Shown: positions 23,298 through 36,879 of the stretch, one piece after another | Layout: each line of letters opens with the position of its first letter | Numbering within the stretch: position 1 is the first letter of the stretch | Assembly: GCA_964016885.1 (NCBI GenBank) | Contig: CAXHJY010000743.1 | Coordinates: forward strand, 1 to 64,000 | Origin: Eledone cirrhosa | Taxonomy: Eukaryota | Length of the DNA: 64,000 nt | Reading direction: 5' to 3' | Made by a program: the position numbers and the translations under genes | The notes under the pieces: generated by a model | Told to the model about the DNA's origin: nothing | Database searches by the model: none | The model's input: only the letters and a program-made list of their open reading frames with translations

Positions 23298-23693
23298 TAT
23301 GTATATATATGTATGTATATATATATATGTATGTATATGTATGTATATATATGTACGTATATGTATATATATATATGTATGTATATGTATATATATATAT
23401 GTATGTATATGTATATATATATATGTATGTATATGTATATATATATATGTATGTATATGTATATATATATATATATGTATGTATATGTATATATATATAT
23501 ATATGTATGTATATGTATATATATATATATGTATGTATATGTATATATATATATGTATGTATATGTATATATATATATGTATGTATATGTATATATATAT
23601 ATATGTATGTATATGTATATATATATATATGTATGTATATGTATATATATATATATGTATGTATATATATATATGTGTATGTATGTATGTATG

Positions 23694-23724
<31 letters not shown>

Positions 23725-24123
23725 ATATATATATATATATGTATGTATATGTATATATATATGTGTATGTATGTATATGTATATATATATGTGTATGTAT
23801 ATATATATATATATGTATGTATATATATATATGTATATATATGTATGTATATGTATATATATGTATGTATATGTATATATATATATATGTATATGTATGT
23901 ATATGTATATATATATATATGTATATATATGTATGTATATGTATATGTATGTATATGTATATATATGTATGTATATGTATATATATATATATGTATATAT
24001 ATGTATGTATATGTATATATATATATATGTATATATATGTATGTATGTATATATATATATATGTATGTACATATATGTATGTATGTATATATATATATAT
24101 GTATGTACATATATGTATGTATG

Positions 24124-24178
<55 letters not shown>

Positions 24179-24179
24179 G

Positions 24180-24238
<59 letters not shown>

Positions 24239-24550
24239 GTATATATATATATATATATTTATATGTATGTATATATATATGTATGTATATATATATATGT
24301 ATGTATATGTATGTATATATATATATATGTATATGTATGTATATATATATATATATGTATATGTATGTATATATATATATGTATGTATATGTATATGTAT
24401 GTATATATATATATGTATGTATGTATATATGTATATGTATGTATATATATATGTATGTATATATATATGTATGTATATATATATGTATGTATGTATATAT
24501 ATATATATGTATATATATATGTATGTATATATATATGTATGTATGTATGT

Positions 24551-24616
<66 letters not shown>

Positions 24617-24664
24617 GTATATATATGTATGTATGTATATGTATATATATGTATGTATATGTAT

Positions 24665-24705
<41 letters not shown>

Positions 24706-24711
24706 TGTATG

Positions 24712-24745
<34 letters not shown>

Positions 24746-24781
24746 TGTATGTATATGTATGTATATGTATATATATATATG

Positions 24782-24833
<52 letters not shown>

Positions 24834-25101
24834 TGTATGTATGTATATGTATATATATATATGTATGTATATATATATATGTATGTATATGTATATATAT
24901 ATGTATGTATATGTATATATATGTATGTATATGTATATTTACATGTATATGTATGTATATGTATATATATATATGTATGTATATGCATATTTACATGTAT
25001 ATGTATATATATGTATATGTATATATATGTATGTATATATATATGTATGTATAGATATATATGTATGTATATTTATATATATGTATACGTATATATGTAT
25101 G

Positions 25102-25164
<63 letters not shown>

Positions 25165-25211
25165 ATATCTATATATATATGTATGTATATATATATATAT
25201 ATATATGTATG

Positions 25212-25244
<33 letters not shown>

Positions 25245-25901
25245 ATATATGTATATGTATATATGTATGTATATATATATATATATATATGTATGTATAT
25301 ATATGTATATGTATATATATGTATATGTATATATGTATGTATATATATGTATATATGTATGTATATATGTATGTATATATATGTATATATGTATGTATAT
25401 ATATGTATATATATGTATATGTATATATATATATATGTATGTATATGTATGTATATATATATATATGTATGTATGTATATGTATGTATATGTATGTATAT
25501 ATATGTATATGTATATATATATATATGTATGTATATGTATGTATATATATATATATGTATGTATGTATATGTATGTATATGTATGTATATATATATATTT
25601 ATGTATGTATATATATATATATATATGTCATCATCAACATCGTTTAACGTCCATCTTGCATGGGTTGTATCTATATGTGTGTATATGTATCTATATGCGT
25701 GTATATATATATGTATCTATATGTGTATATATATATATGTATGTAGTTATATGTGTATATATATGTATTTATGTGTATATGTGTGTCTATATATATGTGT
25801 GTATGTATGTATATGTGTGTATATATATATATATGTATCTATGTGTGTGTATATATATATATATGTATCTATGTGTGTGTATATATATATATATGTATCT
25901 A

Positions 25902-25941
<40 letters not shown>

Positions 25942-25968
25942 GTATGTATGTATGTATATGTGTATATA
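22569..25968. repeat. (TA)n/(TATG)n microsatellite with a ~40-bp RTE 3'-end remnant at ~25628-25666
   Basis: Direct inspection; CATCATCAACATCGTTTAACGTCC..CTTGCATGGGTT matches the RTE tail. Confidence 0.93.
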
Positions 25969-27228
25969 CAGGGTGCGGACGATATTTGTTCACGAGATTA
26001 ATGTCTAGGAAAAAATAACACAGTAGTTTTATTTTTTAAGATATATTCATCAAACTTGGGTCAGTTTCTCTTCATGACTTGTTCTTTCGATCTCACTCGA
26101 TAAACCCGCCATTTGCTTTGATGACTGCCTCAAGGCAGACTCGGAACCAGCTACAAGCCTTCGTCACTGTCCCCCGACTTAGGCCCCTAAAGGCATTTGA
26201 GATCCTGGCCTTCAGATCGTCTTTCCTATTGCAGCTAGATCTGTGGTGTCTTGTTCCACTGCACCCCACACAAAGACGTCGAGGGGGCTGCAGTCAGGCG
26301 AGCTGGAAGGCCAGATGTCGGGTGAAGTGTGGTCAACGAAGTTCTCTGACAGCCAAGCTTGGGTCTTTCGGTTGGTATGGCAGGGCGCTGAGTCTTGCTG
26401 CCATGCGTACGGCCTACCTGCAGCTACCTGGTTGATCCAGGGCTTTACTACCTCGCTCAGAACGCGGATGTAGCCATCGGTGTTCAGCTTGAGGCTCTCA
26501 GGGAAGAAGTAAGGTGGCATGACGTCACCTTGACTGCTGACGACACCTAAGACCAATGTTGTCGCTGGAAACTTTGTCTGCATGACTCTGGGCACATCTT
26601 TGGATGAGACACCGAGCCACCTGTTGTTCTGGTTGTTGATCTTCTGGTCTTGGCAGAAGTTTTTCTCGTCGGAGAAAAACCACAGCATGTCTGGCTCCAG
26701 TGTGTGTTTCAACTTGTTGATCAGCTTCTTTGCGTGCTTCAGTCGCTTTTCTTGCATCGCCTTTGACAGAAATTGTCCTTTCCTCATCTTGTATGAAACG
26801 TAGCGAATGTCTTGCAATGGCACGCATCGACTTGCTAGGTTCATTGTTGATGATATCCAGAACTTCAGCGATGAACTCTGGGCTTTCTGAAGGCGTCAGA
26901 TCGTCGATCATGTGTTTTCCTCTCTGATGTTGCTTCATAGTCATATCCCGAATCTTCCAATTCCTTTCTGACCTTTTCCACCATTCTCCTGCTGACGCTG
27001 AGAAAGTCTGAAATTTCCTTATTTGTCCTCCCGGCGCGGATTCCTAGAAGAACTCTGTGTCTCTTCCACAAATTTCGAGGTTCAAAATGATTTATAATCA
27101 ATTATTCTGAAAATAAATAATGGAAATATAGTCACTGTTTTTATGAAGACAAGAGTGACAACGGAAGTAAAGAAAATTTGCATCAAATTAGCAGTTGAAA
27201 ATTGCGAACAAATATCGTCCACACCCTG
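25969..27228 (-). mobile_element. Tc1/mariner-superfamily DD37D (maT) DNA transposon with a frameshifted transposase
   Basis: TIRs CAGGGTG(C/T)GGACGATATTTGTTC at both ends with TA flanks. Transposase pieces at 27101-26865 and 26844-26212 contain WFFSDEKNF, WQQDSAPCH and SPDCSPLD; 37 residues lie between the 2nd and 3rd Asp. Confidence 0.93.
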
Positions 27229-27254
27229 TATGTATATATATATATCTATATGTG

Positions 27255-27287
<33 letters not shown>

Positions 27288-27323
27288 GTATGTATATGTG
27301 TATATATATATGTATATATATTA

Positions 27324-27932
27324 TGTCAGGTCACCAGTTGGTGCTACTGGTAACATGTATCCCAGTACAACCTGTCTCATGGTCGGGTCGTTGGCGACTA
27401 AACTGGCAACCCCACCAAGGTTTCTTGGTGAGGAGGGTGACTTTGGACATCCTGCAGGACTAAAAACAAAACCTGTCAAAGGGAAAAGGAGCTCTTAAGA
27501 GTCAATGGCCATCCAAAATCACCGGGAGAGATGACCCCTTAGCCTTTGTCAAGGCAGAATTATAGGAGAAGGAAAACTCTGATATAACACCTGCAACCCT
27601 GATGGTATCCAATGATGTTGACTTGTTCTTCTTTTTGGTAAATATCATCTTGGTTAAGAGAGTGGGACTGGCTTTGTGCAGTGCTTTGCTCACAATAAAA
27701 GCTTCACGGCACAGGCATTGCTTTATATCTGGAGATCTCTCTGCACTTGTCCTCACATGGTACCATGGGCCCAGCACTATGTGTCAATAATTGTCACAAG
27801 TGTAGTGTTTGTACCAGAGTTTTCAAGTCGCTGGCTGGACTAAAAAGTCACACTCGTTCAGCGCTTCGGTAGGGGTTCTCCTACATGGATATAAAGTAGT
27901 GGCCGTACTCGAAAACGAGTTGGCAGCCACCA
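27324..27932 (+). mobile_element. Probable internally deleted (bipartite) non-autonomous RTE-type element
   Basis: Hairpin-rich 5' part. 27795-27872 reads HKCSVCTRVFKSLAGLKSHTRSALR* (C-x2-C-x12-H, like the C-terminal finger of BovB-type RTE ORF2). 3' hairpin ACTCG-AAAA-CGAGT at 27907-27920. TA tracts on both sides. Confidence 0.55.
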
Positions 27933-28077
27933 TATATATATGTATGTATATGTGTATATATATATGTATGTATGTATATATGTATATGTATGTATATGTA
28001 CATGTATGTATGTGTATGTATATGTGTATTTATATGTATGTATGTATGTATATGTATGTATGTATGTATGTATATGT

Positions 28078-29210
28078 ATCATCATCATCATCATCATCGT
28101 TTAACGTCCGTGTTCCACGCTTGCATGGGTTTGGACGGAGGGTTTTCCCACTTGAGGCAAGAGTGGTTATCTTGCTCGCATAGGACTATCTGGCGGGTTT
28201 TCTACAGCTGGATGCCCTTCCTAACACCAACCACATTTACAGTGTGGGGCTGGGAGGTTTTTACCGTGTTGCCTACACGGCCACATTACAGCGTGAACTG
28301 TGTGTTTTTTTGACGTGACACCTACACGATCTCATTTGTTTCGGCCTGGATGTTGTGGCACCAACATAACTTTACATTGAAAGGGGCGGTGTGGATGGGG
28401 GGGTAATTTTGTTAGAGATGCCTACTGACTGTAGTAGGTTTTACTTTGTATTTAGGTAAGGCGGGTCTTCTCTATTACTGAGTACCGCCAAAGGTCTCGG
28501 TTCAGTGACATTGTCTTGGTGAGGTGTAAGTGTGTGAGGTCGGAATTTATCAGCTCGTCCCAGGTTTTTCTGGGTCTGCCTATTCCTTGGCTACCATCTA
28601 TCTTTATTGCCCTGCACTTTGTTATACAGCTATCGTCCTTCATGCGCATCACGTGACCATACCAACGTAGCCTTCTCTCGAGTAAATAACATCTGATCCC
28701 TCTTATTTCTAGTTTTTTCCTTAGTTCGTTTATGCTTTGCCGTTCACGTATATTACTATTACACATCCAGCGGAGCATGCAAGCTTCGTTTCTCTCTCGT
28801 CTGCATATATCCTCTGCACACAATGCCCAGGTCTCACTGCCATGCAACATTGCTGTTCGAATGCAGGCATCGTACAGCCTGCCTTTCATGTTTAGGGAGA
28901 ACCCTTTAGCGGTTAATAGTGGTATAAGCTCTCTGAACTTTTTCCACCCAGTTCTGACTCTAGCTACTGTACTTTTAGAGCACCCTCCCCCACTGCTGAT
29001 TTTGTCACCCAGGTAACGGAAGCTGTCCACTATTTCTATAGAACCCTCTGCGCAGTTGAAAGAGCTAGTATTTTTTGGGCACTTGCTGCTACTTATTGCC
29101 CCAGAACACCGGCCATATGTAAAATCTATGTTCTTAGTTAGCTTACCTGTGATCCCACTACATCTTTTATGCACCCAAACTTTGCATTTGGGACACAAAA
29201 TGGAGTTTCT
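28078..29210 (-). mobile_element. RTE LINE, 5'-truncated (same family as 4716-7088)
   Basis: ORF 29198-28452 (248 aa) is nearly identical to the copy-1 C-terminus; (ATC)n tail; TA tracts on both sides. Confidence 0.93.
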
Positions 29211-29211
29211 T

Positions 29212-29265
<54 letters not shown>

Positions 29266-29285
29266 TGTATGTATATGTGTGTGTG

Positions 29286-29321
<36 letters not shown>

Positions 29322-30032
29322 GTATGAATATGTATGGTTTTAGGAAAGGCATTCAGCCATAGAAATCATGCCAAAATCTGCATGTGGGCAAGCTGTGATG
29401 CCTCAACCCATTAGTAAGAGGACAGTCACTGCAATTACAGTTAAGTACTGATTTGGTCTGTGATGACCCATCCAACCCATGCCAACATGGAAAAATGGAT
29501 GCCAAATGTTGATGTATGTATGTCATTTTATGTACCATTGTAATGAACATTGGCATGGCTGGCAGGTTAAGCATTTCTCTTCATGATCAAGAGATTCTTA
29601 GTTTAATTTCAATGCATGGTATCCTGAACAAGTGACTTTTACTACAGCTTTAGGTTGACTAAAGCCTTATAAATGAAATTGGGGAAACTCAGCAGATAGA
29701 TTCTCCCTGTAATTGAAAGGTTTAGCCTGATAATTATGTTAAAGATATGTGTGTGTTTGTTTTCTACCAAAGCCTTATTGGTAGAATTTTGTAGATAGAG
29801 ATGGTGTAGAAGCCCTAGTGTGTGTGTTTGTGCATACCAGTATAAATACCTTAAGGTTTTACATCACTAAGGAAGGCAACTCATCAGTGAACTCAATCAT
29901 TCAATAAATAGAATTTTGATATAATTGATTGAAACTCTTGAAGGGTGGCTCCCATCATGATTTATTCAATGACCGAAACCATTAAAAGAGTATAAAATTG
30001 TTTTTTGTTTGGTTTTTTTTTCTTTCATTTAG

Positions 30033-30090
30033 ACCAGAAAATTGGCTTGATGTGTTTTATGTCATGCCTACAGTCTGTTTTTCATATCAG
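30033..30090 (+). CDS. SLC38A7: SLC38A7-like amino acid transporter, internal exon
   Basis: tttcatttAG|...CAG|GTGAGT; reads PENWLDVFYVMPTVCFSYQ and joins the next exon (CHVS) in frame, giving the SLC38 P..CF.(F/Y)QCH motif. Confidence 0.85.
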
Positions 30091-30983
30091 GTGAGTTCTA
30101 TTTATTTTTATTGTAGTGCACTCATTAGTATTTTCTTGTTATATAATACATCCCCCTACCCCTTTCCAGTCTGAGGATGTACCTGTCAATATCTGTGTGC
30201 TACTTCCAACTTTTCCCCACACCAGTCTCAGTAACCTTGCAGAGGTCATGTATGTTGCTTATTTTCCTCTGGCCAAAAAATGTATGCATACTTCAACAGC
30301 ATTCTAATAAATATTGCATGTACAGGTAATCAAAATGTGTATAAATTTTTGTGGACACCCTATATATAATTTATGTAAATTTATTTCATGTTAGAATTTT
30401 TTTTTTAAAGATACACTTGCTACATAATTGACTATTAGTTCCTAAGAGGAATTCAGAGATTTTTTTCTGTCAGAATATTGAAAACACTTTATCTTTCTTC
30501 ATTTCCATTCCATACTTTAGTATACATTGGGCTGTCTTTGAATGGCTCCAGTAGTTTGTCAGTTTTTCTATGAGAAGAGGTTACTAGCCCCTTACTCAAT
30601 TCTTTGGCATTTCTAGAGAAAAGGGTACTGTGAACTGTCTCTTGTAACCATTCTCATGGTACAGTTGCAACTGATTCTGAGAGAGACAGTGATGAGAAAG
30701 AGATGTTGTGAACAGTCAGAGAGAAAAAGTGCAAGAAAACACAGAGAAAACACTTAGTTCTATTATAGATATGCAAACATTAGTATTGCTGAAGTCAATA
30801 GTAGTGAAAACTGAAATTGAAGAGGAAGAAATCTATATTAACGAATGGAAGAATCAGTGCCATGTTATAAATATAACAAGTATTCAAAATTCACTTAAAA
30901 ATAAGGTGGAAATAGTTTGTTTTTTTTTTAATATAATTTTCTCTGCAATGTTTCCTATTACTGTTATAAAATCACATCATTAA

Positions 30984-31192
30984 CCCTTTAGCATTTAAAC
31001 CGGCCATATTTCTATCGCCTCTTTCTGTTCAAACCGGCCATAACTGGCCATTCATACTGATGTTAAGGTATTGTTCTCAAAATAAATAACATCAAAATCT
31101 CATAGATTCGATATTATGAAATAATTATGTGAGGTAAAGCCTTTACCATGAAAATATAATAGTAAATATAGAGTAATATAAATCCTAAAGGG
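30984..31192. mobile_element. piggyBac-like MITE
   Basis: TTAA|CCCTTTAG(C)ATTT ... AAAT(C)CTAAAGGG|TTAA: terminal inverted repeats with a TTAA target duplication. Confidence 0.8.
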
Positions 31193-31258
31193 TTAACATG
31201 TAAAAATTGTTCAAAAGAGGAGGATGGGTAAACTTAGAACAGATTCTTTTGAATGAAA

Positions 31259-32067
31259 TGCATACGAACAGCTGCCTGCATACGAACAACAATGTTGCAT
31301 GGCAGTGAGACCTGGGCATTGTGTGCAGAGGATATACGCAGACTAGAGAGGAACGAAGCTTGCATGCTCCGCTGGATGTGTAATAGTAATATACGTGAAT
31401 GGCAAAGCATAAACGAACTAAGGAAAAAATTAGAAATAAGAGGGATCAGATGTTGTTTACTCGAGAGAAGGCTACGTTGGTATGGTCACATGATGCGCAT
31501 GAAAGACGACAGCTGTATAACAAAGTGCAGGGCAATAAAGATAGACGGTAGCCACGGAGTAGGCAGACCCAGAAAAACCTGGGACGAGCTGATAAATTCC
31601 GACCTCACACACTTACACCTCTCCAAGACAATGTCACTGGACTGAGACCTTTGGCGGTACTCAGTAATAGAGAAGACCCGCCTTACCTAAATACAAAGTA
31701 AAACCTACTACAGTCAGTAGGCATCTCTAACAAAATACACCCCTGTCCCACCACCCCCACCCCATCCACACCGTAAATGTAAAGTTATGTTGGTGCCACA
31801 ACATCCAGGCCAAAACAAATGAGATCGTGTAGGTGTCACGACAAAAATCACACAGTCCACGCTGTAATGTGGCCGTGTAGGCAACACGGTAAAAACCTCC
31901 CAGCCCCACACTGTAAATGTGGTTGGTGTTAGGAAGGGCATCCAGCTGTAGAAAACCCGCCAGACAGTCCTATGCGAGCAAGACAACCACTCTTGCCTCA
32001 AGTGGGAAAACTCCCGTCCAAACCCATGCAAGCGTGGAACATGGACGTTAAACAATGATAATGATGA
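31259..32067 (+). mobile_element. RTE LINE 3' fragment
   Basis: ORF 31253-31645 matches the RTE C-terminus; same 3' UTR; degenerate (ATG)n tail. Confidence 0.9.
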
Positions 32068-32175
32068 AATCACATGGTTAATTTCTAGATATTGATCGGA
32101 GTGAATTTTTAGTAAAGTGTTAGATTTTGATTTCTTGTTTATTTTGGAGACTTTTTTTTTATTTTGTTTTATTTA

Positions 32176-32450
32176 TGATGGCACATGACCTAGTGGTTAG
32201 GGTGTTGCACTTATGATCATCATGTTGTGGGTTCAATTCCCAGACCGAATGACACTTCGTGTCTTTGAACAAGGTACATCATTTCACATTGTTCGAGTTT
32301 ACTCAACTGAAAATCAGTACCAGTAACAGCTGAGGGTTAGCCTTGCAACAGACAGGTATCCTCTTTCAGTAACTTAACACCTAAAAACTGAGATAAGCTC
32401 TGGGCTTTGGCCCAGCCTGTGCAAGCATGAAATAGTAGACATAAAACAAT
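32176..32450 (+). mobile_element. Degenerate tRNA-derived SINE
   Basis: TGACCTAGTGGTTAG (A box) and GGTTCAATTCC (B box); head resembles 17185-17305. Confidence 0.65.
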
Positions 32451-32883
32451 AGCTCTCTTATTTGTTTTTTTAATTACATTTTACTAATAATTTTATATTG
32501 TATAAAAAAAATTGTATATTCTCAAGCAAACAGAATAATTTTCATAACATCTTGAAAAGAATTTATTCCATATATTTTTTTTAAATAATTATTGAATCAT
32601 TGGAAATCGTTTATCCATTAGAGGTGTTTATTAGTAAATTTCTTTAAAAACTGCTTCAGGCACAGGATACTAGACTCTCTAATTTGTCATTCAGGTTTAT
32701 AGTGTTACAAGGGGATATGTTGCTTGTGATTTTAAAAGAATTAGGTATAAGTTATATTATATTAAAAAATTACGATCTTTATTAACTACTCATTTCTGAT
32801 ATTTTATAATAAATGTTTTTCTTTACATAACCAAAACTATAACATTTCTCACAGATATACCATAATTTTTTTCTTTCTTTCAG

Positions 32884-33146
32884 TGCCATGTTAGTATTAT
32901 ACCTATCTACTCTTGTCTAAAACGGAGAACAATATGGGAATTTTCTAAGACGATTGCTGTGGCTATTGCCCTTTGTATAATTACTTACACAGTTATGGCA
33001 ACATGTGGATACTTAACATTTGGTTCCAATATCAAAAGTGACATTCTCTTATCTTACAAAAACCCAGATGTATCGATTCTATTAGCTGTACTTTTAATTG
33101 GCTTCAAGACCTATACTTCCTACCCAATTTTACACTTTTGTGGCAG
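32884..33146 (+). CDS. SLC38A7: SLC38A7-like internal exon
   Basis: ttctttCAG|TGC...GGCAG|GTTTGT; CHVSIIPIYSCL...GYLTFGSNIKSDILLSY...TSYPILHFCGR; phase 0 to 2. Confidence 0.9.
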
Positions 33147-34430
33147 GTTTGTATGTTTATTTTTTTTAATTTAAATTATTTTAAATATTTTGCAATTTTA
33201 TTGTGACAAATTATATATAGGAAAGCAATTGGTAAACTCTAATATTAGTTATTTAGAGCATTCAATGTGTAAAATAAAAATGCAATGAAATTCCTTGCAG
33301 ATCAACAGAAACTCAGAAATTTAAATGTGTTAAATATACAAGCAGTAAGAGTATTTAGCAAGTTTGTGAACAACTCAGACAGCCTGCTATATATAGTTGG
33401 TAGTTGCTTAGACCTGGTGTGTTCCAATTTAGTATACCTATGACCAAAGATATTCCACCTGTGTGTGCATCTAAGACTTCATTATTTAATGTCCTTTTTA
33501 TAAGATGCTAGCAGGTGAAGTGGCTACATAGTTTGTTTGTTGGCTCATGTAGTTGATAGTTTGTTACATTGGTGATCTAATTAGATTTGGAGGTTGTTAT
33601 TGTTAGTGTTACCATACTCAGTATGGGTATTGAATGTGGAAGATCTGGAGAGGCTGGGAGAGAAATAAGGTGAGCATGATCTGTTAGGTGCATAATGTTT
33701 ACTTATATGAATGATTGATTAAATGATGTCTGGATTTTAAAGGTATCAGATGATGTATGGTAGGATAGATGACTATATTGCTACGCACATGTGATAGAAA
33801 TAGAAGCAGAGTACTGGAGGAAACGTTCTGTATACTCTCAGTGAAAAGTGATTAAGTAAAAATGCGAAGAAGGGGTTTGGTTTTGATCTCAGATTGCTGG
33901 GTTTCACGTCCAAGACCACGGAGAATTCAAATGAATATTAGTTTACTCTATATCTACTCTCCACTAGATTCTAATATATATTTTTTGTGCCTACCATTAT
34001 CATCATCATTCATCTATTTTTCCATATTGGCATGGATTGGACAGGTCATTACTGACCAAGTCAGCACTTAGAGTTACTGTACTAGTAGATGAGTAGGAGA
34101 TCACATCTTACATGTTTCAGTTTTAGTATGGTTTCTGCAACTGGATGCCCTTCCTAACACCAACTACTTTACACTGTACTGGATGCATTTTATAGTGGTG
34201 CCAGCACTAAAGAGTATCATATCCTTAATGTGACTGGAGAGTCTTCTGAACACATTTTGGCATTGTTTCTACAGCTGGATACTCTTCACTTTAAAGAGTA
34301 TACTGAGCGAAATTTTTCCTACTTCCATCCAACTTATGTCAAATTTATTTACAATTATTAATTTGACTTTATTAGTTTGAATGAGACAGTCTGCAGCTAT
34401 TAGCATCATGAAATCTTTACATTACTCTAT

Positions 34431-34606
34431 TGGCAGTATCGGTAGAGGGTCGGACGCTATGCTTTGACGCATAGAGTTACGGCCCTTGCCATTCTGAGTT
34501 CAAATCCCGCCGAGGTTAGCTTTGCCTTTCATCCTTACGGGGTCGATAAAATAAAGTACCAGTAATGCACTGGGTAATTGCTGGCCTTGTGCCAATAGTA
34601 GAAACA
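34431..34606 (+). mobile_element. tRNA-derived SINE with a Nin/Deu-like central domain, 10-bp TSD
   Basis: A box TGGCAGTATCGG, B box GAGTTCAAATCC, domain GCCTTTCATCCTTACGGGGTCGATAAAATAAAGTACCAG. ATTACTCTAT is duplicated at 34421-34430 and 34607-34616. Confidence 0.82.
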
Positions 34607-34676
34607 ATTACTCTATATTTACTATTATATTTTTTTGTGGTAAAGGCTTTACCTTACATAATATCAAATCTATAAG

Positions 34677-36879
34677 GAAAACCGTGATATTGTCAGGAAG
34701 AAATGTGTCCATAATGATAACGGTGTACTTGCCCTCACTGATACTGATAAGAAGATAGCCTGGAAGTGTCACTACGAGAGACTATTAAATGAGGAGAATA
34801 AATGGGAAAAAGATAGGCTGCCCCAAATCAATCCAGCGGTGCAAGTTGAAGATAGTATAATAAATAAGGCAATCAAAGATATGAAGACAGGCAAGGCAGC
34901 TGGGCCTTCGGAGATAGTTGCTGAGATGTTGAAGGCATCTGGAATGGTGGGACATACTATGGTCACCCGTATAGTTAACCAAGTAATACAGAATGAGGTC
35001 ATACCAAAAGACTGGCATAGCAGCATCATCATTAACTGCTACAAGGGTGAAGGGGATGCTCTAGATAGGGGAAACTATAGAGGCATTAAGTTAGTTGACC
35101 AAGTCATGAAAGTCACAGAAAGAGTTATAGCGTAACTAATCAGAAAGCGAATTGATCTAGATGAAATGCAGTTTGGGTTTGTGTCAGGTAAAAGTACCAC
35201 AGACGCTCTTTTCCTTGTACGACAACTACAGGAGAAGTACCTAGCTAAAAGTAAACCCCTCTACTTAGCTTTTGTAGAACTGGAGAAAGCCTTTGACAGA
35301 GTCCCCCGCTCTATTATCTGATAGGCTCTTAGAAAACTAGGTGTAGATGAATGGCTTGTGAGAGCTATACAAGCTATGTATTAACAGTCAGTAAGGTTAG
35401 AATTAACAATGAATATTGTGAAGAATTTAGTGTAAAAGTTGTTCATCAAGGCTCTGTCCTTAGCCCCCTCCTATTTATTATTGCCCTTCAGGCTATAACA
35501 GAGGAGTTCAAGACCGGCTGCCCATGGAACTCCTATACACAGATGATCATAGCTGAATCAATGGCTGAACTAGAGAAGAAATTCCAAACATGGAAGCATG
35601 GCTTAGAATCAAAAGGCCTTAAAGTTAACTTGTCTAAGACTAAAGTTCTAGTTTGTAGAAAGGAAAATAGGGCACAGGTGCCCTCAGGGAAATGGCCTTG
35701 CTCAGTGTGAAGGAAAGGAGTAGGCAGAAATTCCATTTTATGTCCCAAATGCAAAGTATGGGTACATAAAAGATGTAGTGGGATCACAAGTAAACTATCT
35801 AAGAACGTAGACTTTATATGTGGCCAATGCTCAGGTGCAATAAGTAGCAAATGTCCACAGGATACTAGCTCCTTCTATTGTCCAGATGGTTCTATAGAAA
35901 TACTGGACACTTTCCGTTACCTGGGTGACAAAATCAGCAGTGGTGGAGGTGGTTCTGAAAGTACAGTAGCTAGAGTCAGAACGGGATGGAAAAAGTTCAG
36001 AGAGCTTATACCACTGTTGGCCACAAAAGGTTTCTCTCTAAAAATGAAAGGCAGATTGTATGATGCCTGTATATGAACAGCAATGCTACATGGCAGTGAG
36101 ACATGGGCATTGTGTAGAGAGGACCTGCGCAGACTGGAAAGGAACGAAGCATGCATGCTCCGTTGGATGTGTAATAGTAATATACGTGAACGGCAAAGCA
36201 TAAATGAACTAAGTGAGAAATTAGGAATAAGAGGGATCAGATGCTGTTTACTTGAGAGAAGACTACGTTGGTATAGCCACGTGATGCGCATGAAAGACGA
36301 CAGCTGTATAAAAAAGTGCTGGGCGATCAAAATTGGTGGTAGTTACGGAGTAGGTAGACCCAGAAAAACCTGGGACGATCTGATAAATTCTGACCTTACA
36401 CACTTGCACATCTCTAAGACAATGTCACTGGACCAGTAATACAGAAGACCCACCTTGCCTATGTACAAAGCGAAACCTACAGTCAGTAGGCACCTCTTAA
36501 CCAAATATACACCCCAATCCACTACCCCTACCCTATCCTCCCACTCCCACCAACACCACCCTCTCTCTATAAAGTTGGTACCACAAGATCCAGTCCCAAT
36601 AAATGATTTAATGAGATCGAGGTGGTGTAGGTATCACGACAAAAAAACACACAGTCCACGCTGTAATGTGACCGTGTAGGTAACACGGTAAAAAGTTCCC
36701 AGTTCCACACTGTAAATGTGGTTGGTGTTAGGAAGGGCATCCAGCCATAGAAAACATGCCAGATAGTCCTATATGAGCGAGACACGGTCACCTGACCAAC
36801 CTTGCCTCAAGTGGGACAACTCCCGTCTAACCCATGCTAGCATGAAAGATGGATGTTAAACGAAGATGATGATGAGATG
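34677..36879 (+). mobile_element. RTE LINE, 5'-truncated, older copy with stops and frameshifts
   Basis: ORF fragments 34839-35135, 35351-35710 and 36083-36439 align to copy 1; (GAT)n tail; ATAAG duplicated at 34672-34676 and 36880-36884. Confidence 0.9.

Noticed and set aside
27329-27465. Complete HDV-like ribozyme
   Set aside because: P4/CUAA-like pieces are present, but I could not assign consistent P1, P2, P3 and P1.1 pairings; kept only as a candidate.
27324-27932. Solo LTR (TG...CA ends)
   Set aside because: TG and CA are expected at TA/TG-repeat junctions; the internal zinc-finger remnant and 3' stem-loop fit a non-LTR RTE better.
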